NCBI GenBank assembly: GCA_037379345.1
Contig: CM074513.1
Location: forward strand, 34,096,885-34,160,884
Direction: 5' to 3'
Length of the DNA: 64,000 bases
DNA from: Perna viridis
Lineage: Eukaryota
The notes beneath the pieces are model-generated. The model made no database searches. It worked only from the letters and a program-made list of their open reading frames with translations, and was not told where the DNA came from. The translations under genes were made by a program, and so were the position numbers. This document shows, piece after piece, positions 27,801-42,800 of this stretch; positions within the stretch are counted from its first letter, which is position 1, and each line of letters begins with the position of its first letter.

Positions 27801-30800
27801 TAGTAGTCATATGAAACCTGATGGAAGCTTTCTTGTTACATCAGGGTTTGACATGTATATTTAAACCCACTATATAACAAAGATCTAGCTTATGATTGTA
27901 TTTACCGCTGGGTGCACAAAGAGAAGTGCATTCTGGGTGACAACATAGCTGACAGATGAAGCTGTTAACATTCCCTATAGATTAAATATATATTTATTGG
28001 TGTTGGTGGCCCATGTTGTTAGTCATAAACAAAGGCAAAGTTTGTCTGACAGTTTAAATGTGACTGATTGTAAAGAAAGCAAGACATTACCTAAATTTAC
28101 CACTTTAAAAGGAATCATTAAATTGATATATGTGGAATTTATGCAAATTATCCATTATTTGTGGTATATAGAGATGGTTTGATATAAAAACAGATATTTC
28201 CTTGTTAGCTCTCCTGTGTCTTAGAGAGAGAAAAGTAAATAAAATGGTTAGGGAAATTGCAGCAGATTTGACCAGACATTTATCCATTGTAAAGTTATTA
28301 GCCTAGTGACCTTCTGTGACCCCTATCATAGACTATTACTGTCTACTTGGCTGCTTCTCATTTTATCAGTAAATAAAAACACCATGTGGTTTATTTACAT
28401 TAATTAGGCCAGTTTGTTGTTGAAAAAGAGATAATGACTTTTTATATATATATATTTTTGAGTTTCTTTCTATGATCAGTATTTGATCTGCTTGTAAGTC
28501 AGGGAATATGCAGTTTTGACCTATAATTTATGAAGTCTAATTTTGGCCTGCATAAAAGTCCCATTTCAGTTCCATGGACTACAGGACAGGTGTGGTGCTA
28601 TATAAACAAGCAGGTATATAAAGTTCTGACTTGAAAGAGCTTATTGAACTAATGTCAACACATTGTCTAACTTAGTCAGTATTTTTCAGTTTTTATAAAA
28701 AGCATGGTTTATTATGATAAGAACTTTACAATTCTCTGTCAGATCTATTTCTGTTGAATTAAAGACCTAAGTGCAGTACTATATTATTTACATGTTTATC
28801 AGATCAGTTTACAATTTTGACATGAAATGCAGCAGATAAATGCACCTGATTACATAGTTCTGAGCTGGAAAAAAATTATCTTCTTTTCATGCTGTGTATG
28901 TAGGAGAAAAAAAACTTATTGAGGTTCTGACATGCCATTCTTTTGTTAAACATTCCATGCTCAATTTGGAATTTGGCTATTTGATTCTTTTACATGTTGG
29001 TGACCCTTGTTTTTGCAAAAGTTGAAAGTTTGATATTTAGAATAATAAATACTATATCAGTTTGCCTTATGAATAGTTATAATGAAATTTACATGGTTAT
29101 TATTTAACAGTCAAGCAGCAATTTATGTGTACCAGTGACAACTAGGTAGTTTCTACTTAAGTTTTCTAAATATGCTTTAACACTTATTTTGACATGCATG
29201 TGGTAATAAACATCTCTCCATATTGTTATCTTCAGTATTTTATGCTTGCCATTGGGGAAGGAGTCCACATCTTTAGAATTTTATATCTAGGCTAGCTGTT
29301 CCAGGTGGACTTAATTCATCAATTGTCTTCACTTGGTTGAACAGAAGTAGAATATCTATAAATTCTATACAGAGCTGGAAGCACTGCAGTGGTATCATCA
29401 CTGACCATCTATATGTAGCTATAAACAAAAAAAGATCTTGTGTTTAAGAAAGTACAATGTCATAGTTATAAAAAATAGATACAAATTGTGTTGTAGAATT
29501 ATTCAGTAATTCCATGTAGGAGATGCATTCTTTAATAAGTAACAAATATTTTATGTGGTATACTGTGTCAAAAACAGCTGTATCATGTATTGTAATTATT
29601 TTAATTAACCAGGTATATTTTAATTAACAGGTATCATTAGATATTGCACATCTGGTGATCAAAATCTGGACTGCCAATGACAGGGGTCTTGTCTTCTAGT
29701 TTATGAGTCCTTTGATTCTTTGTCAGATGGACAGGTTTATGAATACTGAATCTGAACTTTGACCCTACCAAAAAAGGAGTAATGTCATGAACTGAAGATT
29801 GGTCTCTCCCCATGATTTGCGATAAATAAATAAAATTTTGACAAGATACAATTACTGTGGTAGATTGTTGTGATATGTTTTGCACAATAAGGACCAGAAA
29901 TACCGGAAAAAATGATAAACTTGGCCCTTACTATGCTTGATGAATCTTGACTTAAACTTATTTAAATGCAGTTTTTGTACACAAAAGATTAGATTTTAAA
30001 GTATTTCTCAGGACCTAGTTTTTACAATTAAATATTTTAATGGGTCAACAAGAAGTTAAACATTCAGATTGTGCACTGTCTGGCATTACAGAAGATTTGT
30101 TATACACATGAAATCCATTCAATTAAAGGGGTTGTAGCTAGAATTTCACTGTATGATAAGTGTGGTACAGTTTCAATAAAAATTTCTGAAGCCTTGAAGG
30201 AATAAGAAAGAATTAGATTACAAACTGTTATGTTACAAATCAGATAAAAGTATTGAAAGGTAAAATCATCTACTATGCTAAGCCAAGAATGTAAAGATAG
30301 AATGAAGTTTGGAACTAAGGCATTAGTCCATTCAGTATCAATACCATTATGACCTTTTACATATAAGCTTCATCATTCTCCTCTTATATATATTTTCAAT
30401 GATTTAAGGTAGCTCTTGGATATGCAACAAAAATGTTAGGTACAGATAGCACACCTTAATTCTGTAGTCCACCCACCTTCATGTTACTTGCATTATATGT
30501 TCTGGTCAAAGGTCATCTCTTGGAATTCCATCACTTTACATTTACTCCACACAAGCCAAGTGTCATGTAGTTTATATTGTTATTAATAAGATCACCCATA
30601 ACATGACAGTAAGATATGAATAGAATTTATAACATATACCTTACTTCCAGGTAAATTGGAGTTGTACCGCGCTTTGTTGAGAATAAAATTCCAGAGGGTG
30701 GACCTGAATATAAAAAAATGTTAGCAAAAACATAGTAATAAAAAACTGTTGAACTGTGTTATTATTATAATTTTTATGGTTCTTCATTTATCATGACAGT

Positions 30801-33800
30801 GTTCTAGGATTTTTCAGAAATTGAGGTTTCCTCAGGAAAAATCCATATAAAATCAACTTTCCCACAGTCAATGACTGCTTTCCTAACAAAACAAATCCTT
30901 ACAGCATATGAAGTTTTCAACTTGCCACGGGAAGGTGTAACTAAGTACCTAACTTTCCCTGATCCAAATTTCACTTGCCCTGGGTAACGGGAAATAGGAA
31001 TCCTAGAACACTGCATGAAATAAACTGCTGAATTTGCATTTTTTGAACAAACAATGTTGGAAGAACTTCCTAAAAGACAGAGCAATACAATTTTGTGTCA
31101 TACCAAATTTATTCAAAAAGATAGTACAAGAGAAATTTCTATCAATATAATTAGGCCTTTTTTTTAATGTGGTTCATTAATTAACAACTCTTTTTATCCA
31201 TATCAGAGCAATGTGTTGATTACCTGTAATGTAAATTAAATTGAGTAGAAAAACTATTATACAATTAGCTGTTCTGAGTATAGCATTCTTGTTATCTGGT
31301 TTCAATGAAGAATTTTGAGAATAAGCTTAGACCATTTTACTTTTTGTTTTGACAATTTTAGGCATCAAACAAACCAAAGCACTTTATCAAAGTTTACTTA
31401 AATCTTAAGACATGACTCAATATGTTTTCAGAAAATAATTGATATGAAATATCCAGACAATATTCTTGTTCTTGATTCAGGAAATATTGTTCAGTTCTGA
31501 TTCAGTTTGATTGATGGTAAATGATTGTATCAAATGGAAATTAATCTGTGTTAGGAAATATGGTCAATTTATTATTAATCTGCTCCATTACTGATTTTGA
31601 TACAATTTTGTGTGTTAATTCAGACACCTTATATATTTGCCTATTGTTAATTTTTAATTGATACTGAGAATGTTTGGGTGTGAACAAAAAGTAACATGAA
31701 AATGTATTGATTTACAAAGGTATCTGATTGGATGGCTATCAGGCGAGTTTTAGGTCTGTAGTTCATCTCATGAATCTTACTTGGCGTCCAGACATGAGTT
31801 TTTTGTGGCGAGGTATAACAAATCTTTAAAGGGTGTTACAATTTATCAGATTTAACAAATTATCAAAAACGTATATTTTTTCAGGCTAACATATCTACAG
31901 CAGCTCAGTAGTCGCCAACTCACATGTTTATGGTTTAAAAAAGTGTTATATCAGATCTAGTAAACTGGTTTAAGGGATAAATTTTTGTTAATGATTTTGC
32001 AAATTGTCTTAGAAGTTTTTACTGATAAAGCCCAGTATCAGGGTGGTACCAGAATTAGTATTTACGTTTGTAGTACTACCAGGTGAAAAGTTCAAAAATC
32101 AAAGGAATCTCTTAATATAGTGTTCCTAACTAATTTCATTCCCTATTGTTGTTTTAATTACACAAATGCACTTTTAATTGTTTTGTCCTTTTTGAAATCC
32201 TTTTGATGGGTTATTTACAGTAGTATTTTGTGGTAATGGGTTTCAGTAGTAGGGCTAAATATGGAATGTTAATGTAATGCATCGTCATAGTCAAGATTGA
32301 TTTGTTTTGAACATGATGACAAGGAAACATTGAAATATCATATCCAGCAACAGAACAAATTCCAATGGTAATTTTGGAACTTTTCTAACAGCAATGGTCA
32401 TTGATGCAGTTTGGTATTTAGATATCTCTAAGGTGGTTTATATTGTCTGTCCGTGTGGTAAAGGATATACATATCACCTCCATGTGAGGGTGACTTCCCA
32501 TTAAAGCACCATGACATTTCACAGGTGTAAAATGTTATCATTATGAGTTCTATAAATATGAACTTGATGAACCCAGAAATAATGACAGATCCAATTAGTA
32601 ATGTTGAGGAACAAAGTTAAATGAAATCTATATGATGCATGGTTTGTCAATCAGAAAAGTCTTGTACTGATAATCAAAATATACAAATTATCTCCCTTGG
32701 AAATGATAACACCAAAGCATTCTGTTGTACCACTCAATTCACAGTCTTTTCAATAGCCATGGAAAATAAATTGGATATTCTTATGTCATAACTTTATCCC
32801 TAAACTCTTTGCATGAGAGATTGAGAATTTGCACTATGCAATAACAAATTGACATTTATGTAGTAAGTATCCAAATATAACCTAAGTAGTTTGGAAATAG
32901 TTTGTTTTTAGATATTTCTGGTCAGGAGTTGCCAAATCAGTGTTATTTGTACTGAATGAATTGATACTGTTATAGTAAGGTGGAACACAAATATTTGTGT
33001 GCATACTTTTACTTATTTCTTGTTGTTGTCAGTTGTTTTCATTTTTTTTAATACATATATCAACAAAATGCAATATCATTACATATTTGTTATTTTTCTT
33101 TTTGAGAAGAAATTTTTGGATTTTAGAACTATAGCCTATGTGTCCATAACTTGGGGTTTTTTTAAGCAGTTTTAGGACAATCATTACTGTAGCTATTCAA
33201 TGTAACCTAAATTAATTATAGATTCACCAGTTAACCCCAAGTTACATGATATTAAAGGTTAACTAATTATTTTATTACTGTTAGCTATGATTTCTCTCTC
33301 CATGCTTCCTCACTATGCACCACTTTCATTTGTCTTTTTGCTGTTACACCTCTTTATTTTCCTCTGTTGCTGTAGTGTCACTTTATTTTCAGAGATCTAA
33401 GTTACAACAAGCTTGAAACAATCAGTGGAAAAACTCTCAGAGGCTCTCTTATTTTAAGAAATTTGTAAGTTTCTAACTAACACTCATTTTCATCTAACCT
33501 CTTAGCATTTTGTGGATTCATTGGTGTTGAGATATATGATAAATATTACACTCTAAATAATTGTATGCACTGTGTATTTAACATTATATATAGATTTTTT
33601 TTGTAAGGCAATGGGAATGAATACACTGTCTGGCTAGCCCTATTTAACCTGAATTTCACTTTCAGCATCATTGCAGTATATACATGGTTTGATTGAAAAA
33701 AAGCCTTTTATTAACTCATCAGATTAAAAAATGGGGTAATGATATGTGTCATAGAGTTTATTTCCTTCAAACATATATGCCCCATCCTGATGAGAAACAG

Positions 33801-36800
33801 TGGGGGATCCAGTAATTCAGAAAAGGGAGGGCATACTGACTTCCCAAAGAAGGGGTTGACTTCAATGATTTTCAGTGAATTTCTCAGGAATGGACCAAAT
33901 CTTTTTGAGATCAGGGGTCCCCAAAGCCCCCTTTTTAGATCATCCTATAAAATAGCATGGCGTGCATGACTTGTGGGATGGTGTGTAAACAAATAAAAAA
34001 TATTAATATTTCCAGGGTATAAGTTTTATCAATGGATGATTCGTATTGTTATGTCTCTGTCTGTAGATACCATTGTCATCTGTGATCTCTATGTTCAGGA
34101 TTTGTTCTAGGTATTCATTGTATTGCTTTTTTATAAAGCATGTAGACAATGCTAAATTTAATTATGTATTCTAATGATTTATGTCAAACAAGTTTCCAAT
34201 CCTTTCAATTGTGATAAAAGAGATTCTTCATTTCATTATTCAAGGTTGTAAGCCATACTTATCTACAATCAGATAGACAGAAATTTAACCTTTTAATTTC
34301 TTTCAAATATGATTTAGTATTCAGTCTAAGTAAATAAAACTTTTGATAATGATCATATTAATATTGAATGGAAATACTTTGCCAAATCTGATAATATAAT
34401 TAGCTGTGAATTTAACATTTTATTGTTTTATACACAATAGAATATTATCCACCCTTCCTTTTTTATTGAAAGGCATTGAACAGATAAACTGTTGTTATCT
34501 TATCTGTCTTCAAAAATAAAAAAGCAATTCAAAAACTTCAATTTTTGTAACATTTCATGAAGGTTCAACAGCTTTTAGATATGCTTTACTTGTAATGTTT
34601 AGTATGGTAGTTATGCAGATTTAAAAACAAAGCTTTGCTTGTCATGAAAAAATTAATTTCTTTAAAAATTTACAATTCATTTCTATGTTTAGCTTATTTG
34701 TTTTTGTACTCTCTTTGATATCTTCTTTTTCTTTCCTTTTCAATATGGATTAATGCCAATGCCTTATTTTTGCAATCTAAAAGAGAGAAAGGAAAAAAAA
34801 AAACATAATTTTTCACCCATATTGACAGTGTTGAAATTTTCTATACCTTAAATTATCCTTTGTTAAGGAAGAAAGCTTATACCTTATGTCAAAAGTGAAC
34901 TACTTTCAAGTTAAAATATACTTTATTGACAAGATAAACTAAAAAAAAATAGAATGAATAGATTTGACAGAGAAACCCCATTGAACTATCATTTTACTCT
35001 GAGATAACAAACCCAAGGATCACCTGCTCTGTATTAATTAGTGTTCTAATAAAAGGCTACCCTGTTATTTGAGAAATGACAGAAATTTTTAAACTGATTT
35101 TAGACCATAAAATTCACAATAATCCTGTAATTTTGGACTTAAAGAGAAAACTGTGAATGGAACCCTAATTTTGTTTCAAGAAAAAAACATACATGTATTG
35201 TGAGTACACAATAGTTGTATTTATTTTGATTGGAATATGTTCCCATATGAAAAGAATAAGGGTCATGGTTTTCTTACTTCTCAGGGAATTTAAATTGTTT
35301 GGTATTGAGACACACCCTTGCAGAGATTTCTAATTAATTTAGTGGACCATCAGATTTCTTTTGGTTAAATTTGTCATAGTAAATTACCCTGGACAATAAC
35401 CACTGGTCTAAAATATAATACTTAAATTATGTATTATTAATTAACATACAACTTCAATACTGCTCATGTACAGAGGACAGGCTTGATTTGGCCAGTACTT
35501 GCATTTAGATCACCACAAAGAATAAATTATCACATTGTCAAATCAGAGCATGTTAATTTACATACCACCACAGGAGCTTGAAATCTTTCAATAAATACTA
35601 TACATAGATTCAAAATAAGTATTGACTATTACTATCTCTATGAAGCTCCTTCTGAAAATGAACCCTTGATTTAGAGCTATGTTTAGAATTTATCAAGAAA
35701 GATCTGTTGATATAGCGAACATATATTTTCATTTGGTTAAAACTGTTTCAGAAATTTAAAGTATTCCATAATCTCATATGAATAAAGCATCAATATACCA
35801 AGCTGAACTTGTGTAAAGAGGAAGAACATCTTATAACTAATCAGTATTATCATTTACAGGCAGCTTGACCACAACCAACTTACATGTGTATCAGAAGAAG
35901 CTCTCAAGCCTTTGAGAAAGATGGAAATCTTGTAAGTCCTTCTTTCATATACAATGCTTACTACAGTTACAAGAAAAAGTCCTTGAACCAAACTTGACAT
36001 TAATGTTATAAAAATAAATGACTTAACTGATGGCATTTACTTAAATCTCTATAAAAATAAAAGTGAAAAAAAATATAGAAAAACTACATTTATATTTACT
36101 TGACTGCTACTTTGAATTTATCATATTTTTTGTACACCTGCATTTTCCATGACAATATCTATGGTAAATATTTGACCAAGTTTCTATATCTTTTCAGGAC
36201 TCTGAATAATAACAATTTGACAACTATCCCTCGAGGAGTCTTTGATCAGATGAAGAATCTTAGAATTTTGTAAGTCATGTTTCTGACATAATATGTTAAA
36301 TAAATAATTGTTTGGCATGTGTTTATATATGTTATGTATGGGAAAGGTAAAAAAACAATACAGACACTTAGCCAAGATATATCTCATACATCACCATCTT
36401 AGCATTGAAACAAGTGTTATGTTCAGAGGACAGAAAGGCCATATTTTGGTGTGACGTTACACCATGTTTGGGTCTGAGATGTATAAACAAACACCTGTTT
36501 TAACACCCTTTTTATAGTACCTCATCTTTAATCTTACTTTATGAATAATTTCCTTATTTCTATGCATGCCCATGGAAATATGACCTTTTGATCAAAAAGT
36601 TTCTACTTTTTGTACATTTTAACAACTCCAGATGCCTATCTGAAAGGGAAAAAATGATCTTTATACATTTTCATGATATTTTCTTGTTAACAAGAATGTT
36701 TTAAATTATTTTTATTGCAAGAAAAGAATGTTGTAATCAATATACAGTGATAATATGCCGTAGGGTTGCAGTGTCCTCGAAATGTAGTCAATTTGTTGTT

Positions 36801-39800
36801 CTTGCATTTAGTCATGAGGTAAATTATATAAATAAGTTTTATAGGTTGTCCTTTTCATTAAAAAAAAATTGGGTAAGCTTGTTACATTTTCCTAAATAAA
36901 ATAAATGTATTTGTAACCCCTTAAATTCATATTTTTTACTTCTACTTCGAATTGAGTCTCGCATGTTATATGGAAATGCATCAATTTTCCTAGATATACA
37001 TTTACCTATCATTCTGCTGAAGTTGTATTTTGTAATTTTTTAAACATTCTTTATTTAATGTTCTCATGGCTGTGCTACATAATAGTAGAGAATACAAGTT
37101 GTTTAGATAAAAGCTGAGTACTACACCATTTGTATGTAAGCTGTTAATATTGACTGTCTAACACCTTACAGTAATCTGTATGCTCAAAACATCAACACTG
37201 AATAAACCTTTCATTACTAAGGTGTTAACACTTTATTGGGAACAATACCTCTTGAGTCATAATTGCACAAAATATTTAATTTACTGATCCTCTTTTGTCA
37301 TTAGTAAAGTACATATTGAAAACATTCAATAGAAACCCAGTGTTAGATATTGTTACAAGTACATAACACAGTACTTTCAGTTAAGTGTGAAAACCCTTGA
37401 TTTTTTTCCCATAAGGAAAGTAATCAACTTTATGTTTTACTCTTTGTATTAAATGGACTTTCTGTGAGATTTTCTTCAAAGAACATTAATAATGGTAATA
37501 ATGTTTGAAAATGGCAGTATATGAAGGCGGCCATTGAAGTAAGAATTTAAGGTCATTTCTGTTATGGATAATTGTTAATAATTATACAGAGAAATTCTAT
37601 TATAAACCTTACTAATTGGAAAGATTAAATAAATTATAGACAACTGCTTTTGGTAAAATACCTTTGTAATACCTCATGCTTAGGTTTCTATAATGATAAT
37701 GGAAGATTTCAATGTGAGTCATCTGAAAAATGCATATCCTAGGAGAACTGTAGTAAAAATTAAATGCAGTGTGAAAATATTTGAAAGTGTACATGCTTCT
37801 TCTTGACCTTTGCAGAGGTCAATTGATTACATGTCTAGGATACTAAGTGAAGGGCTTTTTGGAGAAATCATTGGTCCTTTATTACATTTTTTTCAAAACT
37901 TGCTATATGGATTCAATACAAAACTTCCCCATGATTTCAGGTGTGATCAAAGTTTACAAAATCAAACACATGTAATCATAAGGGCCATTCAAATTTTTCT
38001 GTGATAACAAAACTTGGCTTTCTATGTCAGTTTATACATATCTGTATACAATAATCAAACCCTTGTCTTTGAAGTGATTGAGTTTTGACATATAAGATTG
38101 AGATAAAAGATTCTGAAGATTTGTTTAAGTTAAAATAAGCAAGACTAATTTACAGAGGGTTAAAAGTGAGGAATATTTGTGGTGAAATTTGATGTTATAC
38201 CAGAGTATAATCATCTTCTCATTTTAACCGAATCAAAAGCTAACTTGTGGTTTTTAGCCTCATTGATGCTTCACATAGCTTTTTCTTGATAGATTAAAAT
38301 GGTATTAGTTTGATCCCCATATATTGCAGTAAGGCTTTATCTATAGTAGTGTTCAAAATATGAATAAAATGTTTCCTTTGTTAACCAATTTCATCACTGT
38401 ATGCAACTTATTTTACGGTTGAGAGTCTTGGCACTTCAGTCTTTCTTGGTCCTTGAATTACCTCATTATGCTAAATTCTGCCAGGTTCATTAAATGCCAC
38501 AGAGAAAAAAAAATAATTCTTCATCCATTCTCATACCATGTAGGGCTATTTTAGGAGAAATCTTAGTTGACAATTTTAGTTTACTCTTATTTATTCATGG
38601 GGTGATATTTTCTGTTATTGTAGGAGGTTGATAAACAACAACTTCCTATGTGACTGTCATTTGTTGTGGTTGCCAAGGTACCTGAGATCTCACCGAGGTC
38701 TCGGTCTGTACACAGAATGTAATGCCCCGTCACATTTACAGTCAATAGAGATGGTGGACATACCAGAATCCCAGTTTCAGTGTCAAGGTATCGTACAGTC
38801 TTGGTTCTATCATTGACAATGTGTTATCTTTAGTGTCAGAGGAGGGTCTTTGATTGTTATTGGGGATCAAATAGGTTGATTTAGACTTTGATAAATGATG
38901 AAATAGTGACAAACTTTGTATTTGACGTAAAACCAATACATGTACTGGTAATTAGAATATGTGCGAGTTGTTCTAATGAATAGAAAAAAAGATGTGCTTT
39001 ACATTATTCAACTAAACTTGTTGACTTTCTAAAATCTACGTTGTTGTCCATTCATTTCAACAATATGATTTATCTAGTAGAAGTTTGTCTATGAAGTGAC
39101 ATAATGTTAGTCCTTGGACTAGAAGATTATAAACTAACTTTGGTTCTTAGACAACTTCAATGAATACATCATCTGCAGGTGGACATCATCAGTATGAGGA
39201 ATGGAGCCAACTTAATTAGTTAAGAAATACATGACACACACCTTTTAGACATTAATCACATTTGATGAGTTTCTATCTTATGAAAATGAGTTTTTCAGGT
39301 GCCCATTCAGTAAACAATATGTAATGTACATATTTTTTATTGCCTCATAAAAATGCAGAAACTCTATATACTAAATCTTGGTGTTAATTCAAATGATCAT
39401 TTTTTGCTAGTTTTTCTTCCAGTAATCCTTTGGTCAGATTTTTAACACAATAAATTTAATTTGTGGACTTGTGCAGGGTATTAATATTGACAATAATACT
39501 GATCATGTTGTAGGTATGTCTAGTTATACTGCACCCAAATGTGGAGAGGAACCAAGTTGTCCAAGTAAATGTCGATGCACAGAGGGTGTCGTAGATTGTA
39601 GAGACCTGGGTCTGACAGCAATACCTAGCAATCTACCAGAGGACACCATGGAAATGTAAGTCTTACAAATAAGGGGCTACCATCCAAAGATTGTTGCACA
39701 AAGGGTGAATTGAAGGACATTGATGTTAGGTTATTGATGTACCTAAGATCACCATTTTAATATCATAGGGAGATTATTTGAAAATAGAAGATGTGGTATG

Positions 39801-42800
39801 GTTGCCAATGAGACAGTCATCCAACAAAATCCCAGCAACAAACAGTTAAACTTCTACAGGTCACCACACGCTCTTTGATGATGGGCAAAACCCATACCAT
39901 AAAGGAAGATGTAAAAGCCCAAAAATAAATGAAGTGAAACTATTCATAATTATAGACAAAAAAAACGTAAAACGAATAACAATGTACATAAAAAACAACA
40001 TCAACCACTGGACTACAGGTTCCTGGCTTGGATATGACACATAAAGTATGTAGCAGGGTTAAACATGTTTTGACCCTTTCTCTAACCTGGAACAGTATAT
40101 TTCTTTCTTATTTTCATACCTGATATAAAACATGTGATATGTTCACATAATTAAAAAGGAACCGTCCTTTTTTTAAATCTTACAGTGATGCTTGTTTTGA
40201 ATAAATAAGAAAGGGTGTCAGTTAAAGAATATTTACTACTGAATAGCTAATTTGGACAATTTTACAATAAGGTTTTCATGCCAAAATGAATGGAATGAAC
40301 ATTTGCATACATCACACCCTTTTTATTCAAAAAGCAATGTATATTAGTATTATGTATTGTAAATACTACCTTGCATTGTGTGTTTTCACCAGATGCTTGT
40401 AACTCTATCAATTGGTGTATTAGCAGTCCTTCAATTAACCTTGATATATGAGTCTACAGACCAACCCACTAGAAACACATAGCGACTACTTTTTCATTCA
40501 CAATTTATGGCTTAGTTTAATACCTGTCACAAAAAAAGGTGATGTAGGGAGTTGATCTGCATCAATCTGTTATAAATATTGTTGCACCATATTCTCTGCG
40601 CTTGGAGGCTATACCTACATCAGTGTAGATTAGCTAACATGTAAACATTTCAATGTAAAGTCAACATGCATGTGGAACATTTGGCTAAACATATGTCATT
40701 AAGCTGGAAAACTTGAGTGTTTTTTTGCTTACTTCTGCTAATCTTCTTATCTGTTAGAGATTTGTTCCTCAAATTAAGTTACACAGTTCAATGCACATAG
40801 CATACATCTCTGGAAAAAATCCTGCTTAAGGATTTTACAAAACTGTGTCATTATTTTCAGATGATTAATTGATTAATTGGAAATTAAAATTGTCCTAATT
40901 TGAAGAAATGATTTTACCTAGAATGCTGAACCTGTTTATTGATTTGTAATTATGTACCAAGTATACCCCTTCATGATAAACTGCTGTAATAGTAAAAGTG
41001 TGCTATCGACCATCTTAATTACCTAATACTTAAGACTAAGGGCCATTATGTACAAAAAAATGATTCAACACTTCATCGTGTGCGATTCTCCAGTGGTTAT
41101 GTTGTGACAATGATTTGGTATAATGTGACTTTAAAAGGTTATGAATTAGGTTGTTGATGTATCATTCAACACTAAACTGTGTTTATAGTGTAGAATACTC
41201 AAATGTAGTGGGTCATGATGAATCGCTACAAATAGTCCTTGAACTTGCTGTCAACTCTTATTTTTATCATCAACCTTTACTTTTACTTTGATGTATAAAA
41301 CTTGACTGAACAAAAAATTTAAATTTCCTTGCAGTTTTATATTTTAAAAGTTTCAGAGACAGAACCAGGATTTGAAATTAGAGGGGTCATAGGAAGCTTA
41401 TAGTAGTGGAGCATTGTAAACTTGATCATTAGAGAGTTTTACATGCTTTGCTAACTTTGTGTGTCACTAAAGTCAACTTGCCCATTGCTTTAACCTGTTT
41501 TTCTGTTGTTTCAAAGCATGCTTGTCAATTTAATGAAGGATGCATTTTCACTCAGACACATCTCTTAATCTGCCCCTGGTATTATTTTGTTCAAGGGTTA
41601 TGCATCTAATGCATTTTGTTTCAGATCTGTCTCAAATATATTTGGCATTGTTAAAATCATTTCACATCTTTAAAATTAGTTGGTTATTTTCAGGGAAAAA
41701 ACCAATAATGCTTGTGATTCTTTTTCTTTTCAGTCGAATGGAACAGAATCATATTGTGCATGTACCAGCAGGGGCCTTCAGTGACATGAAAAGACTTAGA
41801 AGAATGTAAGTAGTACTTTCTATATCCATAATCATAAAATCTAGCTTTGAACTCAAAAAACATATTTATGTCTCACCAAAGTTTGGATCATAAAGATCTG
41901 TTCTCTTAAAAAGGAAGAAGTGGGCATACTGATTGACTAATTATTTTGACAAGTGTTAAATTTGGCAAATTTGGGGCAAAAAGGTTTCCAAAACAATTTG
42001 GCAGAAGGTAAATGATGCACTGAGTACTGAAGCCCAGGGTAAATATTTTATTGAATTTATTTTGGTGTTTTAAGACAGACTGCTAAAATACACCAAAAAA
42101 ATTAGCGGAAAAAGGAAAAAGAAGTCTGGAGTTTGGCACTCAGTGTAACATTGATAAAGTGTAAACTTGGAAATTTTCTTGTGGGAGTAATTTTTGCTAC
42201 AGTTATGGTCACGAAATATTCACAAAAATTTCTTTGTTTAATTTGTTTAAAACTAAGATGCCTCACCAGCAAATAACAAAATGTGGCCCTGCGATAATTT
42301 CACATTGACTTACCCTGCAATATTTATTGAGCCACCATGCGATATTTCTACATTGAGTCACTCTGCTTTATTTATTGAGCCATCCTGCAAAATTTCTACA
42401 TTAAGTCACCCTGCATTATTTATTGAGCAACCCTGCAATATTTCCACATTGGCAGTAATTTTTTTGTCTGACTATACTTTGATATAAAATTGGATTAAGG
42501 AGTTAAGAGGGTTTAAAATGTATTTATAAATTTCACTAGTTAAGTACATTGATACATCCATTAATGAGCATTACTTGCTGTACATTTATCTTATATCTAT
42601 TAGCTGTTATACCACTAAGTACCTTAAGGCATCAGAAAGAAATTAGATTTAAAATTTGTAAAATGAAATATGTTTATTTTATCATTACAAGTTTTCAAAT
42701 CCATTACTTCCAGTTAAACCTCATTTTTTTGCACTTAATACAAACTTTGATAACTCACATTACACAGGGATATCTTTATTTTTTATGATAGTTTCCCTGA

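Noticed and set aside
39471-39513. Longer 5' boundary for exon 9 at the CAG ending 39476
   Set aside because: Phase 0, incompatible with the phase-1 end of exon 8.
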